A stretch of 61,818 nucleotides of DNA, filler included, from Bipalium vagum (taxonomy: Eukaryota): the NCBI GenBank assembly GCA_037834085.1. It is 3 parts of 3 records of this genome, joined end to end, with 100 filler letters (N's around TTAATTAATTAA, not from the genome) between each part and the next. Parts side by side here need not be neighbours in the genome. Positions count along the whole stretch, not along the records: positions 43,687 to 61,818 come from JBBMKC010039671.1; 2 more parts are not named here. One strand, 5' to 3'. The translations under genes were made by a program, and so were the position numbers. The notes below the pieces were generated by a model. That model worked only from the letters and a program-made list of their open reading frames with translations, had not been told where the DNA came from and searched no databases. Within the stretch, counting starts at the first letter, position 1. Each line of letters starts with the position of its first letter. Shown here in pieces: positions 55,401 to 61,818 of the stretch.

Positions 55401-58400
55401 ATAAACGATTTTTGTGATAGATCATGTTTTCATAACCATTTCCTTAAGAAATTTTGAGCGATACGATTTTTTTGTTTGAAATATAGTATGAAAATCAATT
55501 TATTAATATTATTTTCCAAGAACTAATAATAATAATAACTAATTTATATTGCCATAATATTCAACTCATTAATCACATTAAAATAAATAAATTAGATTAC
55601 CTCTGTCGTTGCTTCAATGGAAGCGCCATATTTTAACAATAATTCAACAATTTTAATTTTGTATTTCTTGCAAGCAATATGCAGTGGAGTGAAACCATTC
55701 TAAATAATTAAAATCATGATCAAAAGATTTTTTTTGACACTAAAATATAATAAAAACACAATAGATACCAGAGCTCTAGCATTTGGATCACACCGCCTAT
55801 CCAATAAAATTCTGGCAACCTTCTCATTTCCATAATGGGCTGTTACATGCAATGGTGTAAGAAAATCCTGTTTAAATGAAAATTATTTTTTCATTAATAA
55901 TACATTGAATAATTAATCTGGTACCGTTGTCGTTTCGTTGATATTGGCTCGCTTTAGGAGTAATATACGGGCAGTATCCTCATAATCCCCTTGAGCAGCC
56001 ATGTGCAATGATGTCAATCCATTCTATAAAAAAAATCAATATATATGAAAATCAAAGATTTCTAAAAAATGATTGATAAATCCAAAAAAGAAATCTTGTA
56101 AAGTTTTCGAATAAATGTCTCCCAATAGTGATTACTTTTTATTTATTTAGGACAACACATAGTGGACATTTTAATTATCAAAATAAGAATATCATTATTA
56201 CTAATCCACCTCGTTCAATTATTTATTATTTTTATATTAGATTGGTTCCAAAAAAAAGTATTTTTAATTAGTTTAAAATTTAAGGTCAAAAACTACAATT
56301 TCTTTCCACGAACATCGTTGTCAATTATGCTACCATTGGTCATTCATTACAAAATCCAATATGTTTATACTCAATGTTTAAAAAATGACTAAAAATATAC
56401 TCATTTTCATATATATAATCAATATTTCTAAATTCACCCTGGTTTTAGCCATGACATCCGCTCCATTATCAATTAGTTTTTCACATAGCTGAGCATGACC
56501 AGATCTGGCAGAACAATGAAGAGGAGTCAATCCATCACGTGTTCGACATGATACCAATGCTCCGGATTCAACAAGCAACTGAGCCATACCTGATCGTCCC
56601 CATTTTGCTGCAACATGTAATGGAGTAATGTTGTTCTGAAAAGAATAAAGTTTTTATTGTTATAAACGTTGAAAAGTAGCACTGACCTTTGCCTGAAAAT
56701 TTACATCTGCTTTATGTTCAATCAATAATTGAGCAGATCTCTCATTTCCATAATGAGCCGCAATATGGAGCGGTGTAAAACCACTCTGAATAAATTGATT
56801 TTTATATTTAGAAACTTCACAAAAATCTTACTGATGACTGTTGGTTAACATCTACTTCAGTACTGTTCAAAAGAAGGTTTACTGCGTTAACGTCGTTTTT
56901 CTTTACTGCTATATGTAATGCTGGAAGTCGCTGTTTACTATGATTATCGTTTTCTAATAATAAGGCCACAACCCGTTGATGTCCTTGTTGTAGAGCAACA
57001 GCCAATGGCGTAAATCCATCCTGATTTAAAATTTAGTAAATATACAAATGAAAGAATATTTCTTATAATATAATAAAGTATTGTAATTTAATATCGATTT
57101 TTTAGTGAGAAAGAGCATTTATTTTTTATCTAAAGATAATTACTAATAATATTATTTTTCTAATAGTATATAATTAATTAAATACGAAATATCAATCTTA
57201 TACATTAAAGGAGTTATGTTTTAAAAATTAAATAATTATTTTTAATTCTTTAAAAATCTAGTCGATTATTTAATACGTAAATGGACTTTTGTCACTTTTA
57301 ATGATCACAAAATCATCTTTTTAGTAATATGTTTAAGTGTCTCACTTTGAATTATATTTAAAATTACTAAAAAAAAATCATGTAGGTAAATTGATATATG
57401 ATGATTAATATTAGTATTTATTTTTATAAAGGTGATTAAAAATGTTCAATAAAAATGACATCAAACAACCAGCAAATTTAATTATATGATAAAAATAAAG
57501 GTTGAAGACAATAAAATCAATAATTCCACATCTAACTAATACACAACTTCAAAGCGACACCAAATAAAAAATTGTTCATAAAATTATTGATTTTAATTGA
57601 GTGCAAGTCTATTAGAAAAATCATAACGTAAGTATAAGCACAATAAAATTCAATACTGAACACAGTACAAAAAATAATATTTTGAAAATATAATTGAATA
57701 ATTAAAAATATACGTATCTGAAAACTAGACAAGCATTAACTATAAAAATTAATATTAGATTATTTCTTGTTTAACGAAAAGTTAACGACTTAGATGAATG
57801 AGTTTCAAGTTATTCAATATTAAACCGATGTGAATTTTATTTAACAATAATTAATAATAACTTCTCTTAAAGAATTTTAAATCGATTTTTTTTACTGTTC
57901 TCAAATCTATGTTCAAAATATTGAATTTTAATTTGTTATAAATTTCGTTTCTTGCCAGTGATTTACATTGATTTAACAAATTTTATAAGAATTTATGATT
58001 GTGTATGTACGGAGAAACGAAAACTATTTCATTATATATATATATATATATCACGGAGAGCGTGACATAGACTTGCTTTTTCTTTTTAACTGATGTATTT
58101 TTAATCAAATAACTTTATACAAATCTTTTAAGATAGAATAAACTGAATCAAAATACAAACGGAAAATTGATAACATATTTGAATAAAGTTCTAGCTAATA
58201 AATCTTTATGTTTAAAATATTATAAGGAAAAATTTTTGACCAATATACTCAAAATTTAAACATCTGATTAACAAGGATAACTGGATTTCAGAAAAAATTC
58301 TAATATTTGCCTAGATTGTTGACATTTTCACTTGATATAGATTTTCTAAAATTCATTTCTTGAAAGTACCACATACTTTTAATAATTATTGTCTTTCTTT

Positions 58401-60466
58401 GTATCAAGTTAATAATGACTGTTTCAAAAACATTAAAAGCGATTTTCCAAATTAACGATAAATTATTCTCTTTTTATCTATTTCCAAACTTATCAGACCA
58501 TAAAATCTTTTAAATAAATTTTCCAGTAACCATTTATCATCTATTAATAATATTGTGACCAATAAAAAATAATGTTGGATAACATTGGTATTTTAGACAT
58601 GTATAATTATGTTGATAAAAACTTGACTTATTTGTAGTTCGTCAACTTCTATCAAACCGTGGTAAAACTTAAAAATTTCACAAATATACTTGAAATGCTA
58701 ACTAGATAATTTATATTTCAACTGTAATTCAATATTTTAAAAAAGATATATTTCAAGTAGCAAATCTTGCTAAATTATTGAAAAAGAAATAAAATTGATC
58801 AATAGTAACAAAGTATAGTTGCACAGGTGCAATAAAAAAGCTACAAAATTAATCAATTGAAAAGAGATTTTCAAAGGCCACAATAAAATTATGATAAAGA
58901 CAACCTAAATACAGTTTCCTTTCCAATACTAATTCTAGACCTAAGATTAAAAAAAAGAAAACAAGATATTTTTATAATAACCAATCAAAATGTTCTCCAG
59001 TTATATGACAAAATATCATTTTTTATATTATTCTATATATTTACTCTATTAATGTTGACAAAAACTCTTGAGCACGTATGTCTTTATGCGATAAAATTAC
59101 AAATATTAATCCTCCAAAGATATTTGTATTACAAATTATTTCGAAATAAAAATCTAAATCCATAGAAAAATTATATAAAAACTATATTGATTATTGTTTG
59201 CCTAATAAATTTATTTAAATTACCTCGGTTGTTATAGTTGGATCAGCTCCATTATTGATTAAGAACGTTACAACATCAAAATGATTTTCTTGAGCTGCCA
59301 TATAGAGAGGTGTAAATCCATTCTATAAAACACGATAAAGTGAAATTTTAAAAAAATTATCCAGGTTTCAGAAAATCAATAAAAAATCTTTTGTAAACCA
59401 GTTAATTACAAAAATCAATTTAAAAATCTAAAACAATACTAACCGTAGATTGAAGATTAACATTTGCATTTTTTTCCACAAGAAGCTTAACGATTTCAAA
59501 TTTTCCAGCCAAACTGGCAATGTGCAATGCTGAATTTCCTTTCTTTGTTGTTGCATCAATGCGTGGTTCACGTTTAATTAGTTCCTTAACAACATCAACA
59601 TGGCCCTCTTTAGCTGCTAAATGCAAGGCACTGAGACCAATCTAAAAATAATAAAAATCGATAATGTTGATAAATCAATGTTGAAATGTTTCTTTTTATA
59701 GAAAATTATTATTTATTACAAGATAATATTTTTGATTTCAGCAGTTCTTTAAAAATTATTGACAGACACCATAAAAGCTTTATTTATTAAAGAGGATTTG
59801 AAATGATATGTAAATAACAAATTGAAAATATTAATTTACACTTGATTTTCCATTATTTTGATTAATAAAAACATGCACATTGTCTGTTAGATTTATATAC
59901 CAGGAAAGCAAATGGTAAATGTAGACGTATGGAAATATTTTCACTTGGAACAGACTAGGAACATTGTGCAATAGAAGACATGCATTTATAAGGACGAAGC
60001 GCAATGAATTACTCAGAAGAGAAAAATATTGATATTTTCAGTTAGTCTCTGGGAAATATTGAACAAAATTCACTAAATTAAAGTTATGAAATACTGGAAA
60101 CATTAATTCTAATAAAACATCATTCTGAAAGATTTAAACGAAATTATCAACAGAAAAATTGTTTTTAGTTTTCTGTAAGAGTTCAAGAACACAAAAATGT
60201 TACAATCTTAACAATTAAACATTTACTATAAAAAACAAAAATAATTCTTAACGTATTGGAAGGTAAAATATATGATAGTAGATTAATGTCAAAATGTTAT
60301 AAATTAATAATTGTTAATAACAACCATAGATAAAAAATAGATTAAGGAAAATAATTTAGCTTACATCATTGCACGTATTTATATCGGTCCCGGTTTCCAG
60401 AAAGTCAATTATTTTTGCTAAATTTCCTGCTCTAGCAGCTCGTAGAAAGCTATGATTCGATTCGCT
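46494..60466 (-). CDS. ANK: Ankyrin (ANK2/unc-44-like) membrane-binding domain: 24 ANK repeats, 15 exons; 5' exon and ZU5/death domain not found
   Basis: Predicted exons 60365-60466, 59444-59641, 59224-59322, 56832-57020, 56687-56785, 56438-56635, 55925-56023, 55769-55867, 55601-55699, 52428-52625, 49997-50194, 49754-49945, 48340-48543, 46753-47055 and 46494-46680, mostly 99/198-nt phase-0 units. Diagnostic canonical-ankyrin peptides [46 protein letters not shown] and PENM...SDSEDEG. Confidence 0.95.
54990..55150 (-). mobile_element. Short mariner remnant in ankyrin intron
   Basis: [25 protein letters not shown] resembles the second HTH of mariner transposase. Confidence 0.35.
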
Positions 60467-61520
60467 CTAAATATTTTTAAAACTGAAATTATTACCAGCT
60501 TAACTGATGTACATTTTAAATAAAGCTGACATTAAAACTTAACTAAATAGAACTTAATTATATAACAGATAATCATGATTAAATAAAATTAAACATACAT
60601 TTTCACTATTGGATTTTGTCATTGTTGATAACTAAAATCTTCAAATGATAGTAAATATATATCTGATAAATTAAAACTAAAGAAAAATCATTGATTAATT
60701 GACTAAATATAAACAAAGACTTTCACTAAATATTATCAAAAATAATCTCTTTCTAATTACTGAAAATTGAACTATCTATTTTTCCTTATAAAATCTTAAA
60801 TTTATAAAGAAATTTATTTTTACAGATATTAGTTATTTTAAAAGAATTCATCATCAATACATGTATATAAAACTCAACAATAAAAATAAGATATATGCTA
60901 ATTGAAAAATTTGAAAGAAAGGTTAGACTTCAAACAACTTTTGTGAATGATTAAATATATCTTTACATAATGAATTATATTTAATAAATAAATTCCGTAA
61001 ACTATTTCCTAGGCAGTTAAGGACCATTATTGTCACCATAAATTTCATGTTTAAAGTCTAAAATTTTCTGTATTACCTTATTTTAATTTATATATCACTC
61101 GTTGATCAATCCCCTTAATTCGCATGTATCTCATGTACCTCCGTGTCATTGATTTGATTTCCACTCTTTGAACTCCAAATTCTCTTATGTGTGGTGTTAT
61201 TATTCTCTTTATCTTTGCTAATACCATCAAAATAACGACTATTCTGTTACTTGACTTAATAGATTCATAATTTTATCTTTATTTTTTCTGGTGTTCTTAA
61301 AAATACCTATTCAATGTCTTAGAAATTTACATCAGCAAATTATATGAAGCAATCTATATCAATAAAAATATTTCCATTTTTAATGGACATAGAATTAAAT
61401 ACTTTAATAGGCTATTTATTGCATATTTATGGATAAGTAGAGTCGCAACCACTTCAACAGTGAAAATCACCAATTCCAGTTTAGAGAACATTTATGATTT
61501 CAAAAAATTATTATGATCTT

Positions 61521-61580
61521 ATTGGAGGAAAAGATATCATCATTGAAATCGATGAGACAAAACTAGCTAAACGAAAGTAT
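61521..61580 (+). mobile_element. Merlin/IS1016-family transposase remnant
   Basis: IGGKDIIIEIDETKLAKRKY matches the Merlin GG...VEIDE(S/T)...KRKY motif; interrupted at 61584. Confidence 0.7.
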
Positions 61581-61583
61581 CTA

Positions 61584-61818
61584 TGTTAAGATCCTAAGAG
61601 GGTGGTTAAAGTGCTGTTAATATACGGAGCTTGAGTTTAGCTTAGGTCTCAACGGTTGAAGGTTGCTTAAGGACGTGTTCGGTTAATTAAATAAACTGAG
61701 AAAACGAATTAGGTTTAATACTTTTATTGAGATCGAATTAAAATTTATTATTACAAATGAGTGATAACAATTCTGACCGAATGTGATTTTATTAATTAAG
61801 ATTATTATTTATAAAAAT
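61584..61818. mobile_element. LTR-like element inserted in the Merlin remnant, running off the window
   Basis: Begins TGTTAAG exactly where the Merlin similarity stops; related copy at about 41310. Confidence 0.45.

Noticed and set aside
60496-60531. Possible first coding exon of ankyrin just upstream of 60466
   Set aside because: Both nearby ATGs hit TAA, and the implied intron would be only 29 nt, far below the 46 nt or more seen in confident introns.

Overview
Very AT-rich eukaryotic (metazoan) genomic scaffold with short GT-AG introns (many 46-70 nt) and four N-gaps. Two gaps are artificial 100-bp N44-TTAATTAATTAA-N44 linkers. The composition and mariner load are consistent with a planarian-type invertebrate, but that is inference only. 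Four spliced genes lie on the minus strand: (1) 5' exons of a CREC-family (calumenin/reticulocalbin-like) EF-hand gene running off the left edge; (2) a complete SART1/Snu66 gene with 9 predicted exons; (3) the large ectodomain+TM exon of a 7-EC protocadherin; (4) a canonical ankyrin with all 24 ANK repeats. The ankyrin repeats are followed by at least 11 symmetric phase-1 mini-exons, 8 of them built from a duplicated B/A exon pair, and intronic UGC/YGCY clusters sit about 40-46 nt upstream of each A-type exon. No ZU5 or death-domain exons were found. Intergenic and intronic DNA is full of decayed Tc1, mariner, DD41D-like, plant-type DD39D-like, Chapaev-like and Merlin transposons, with several nested insertions. 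One nested insert is a 96-bp TG...CA element with a 5-bp TSD and a tRNA-derived A/B-box core, resembling a tRNA-bearing TRIM solo LTR. All exon coordinates were derived by hand from splice signals and reading frame; no transcript data were available.
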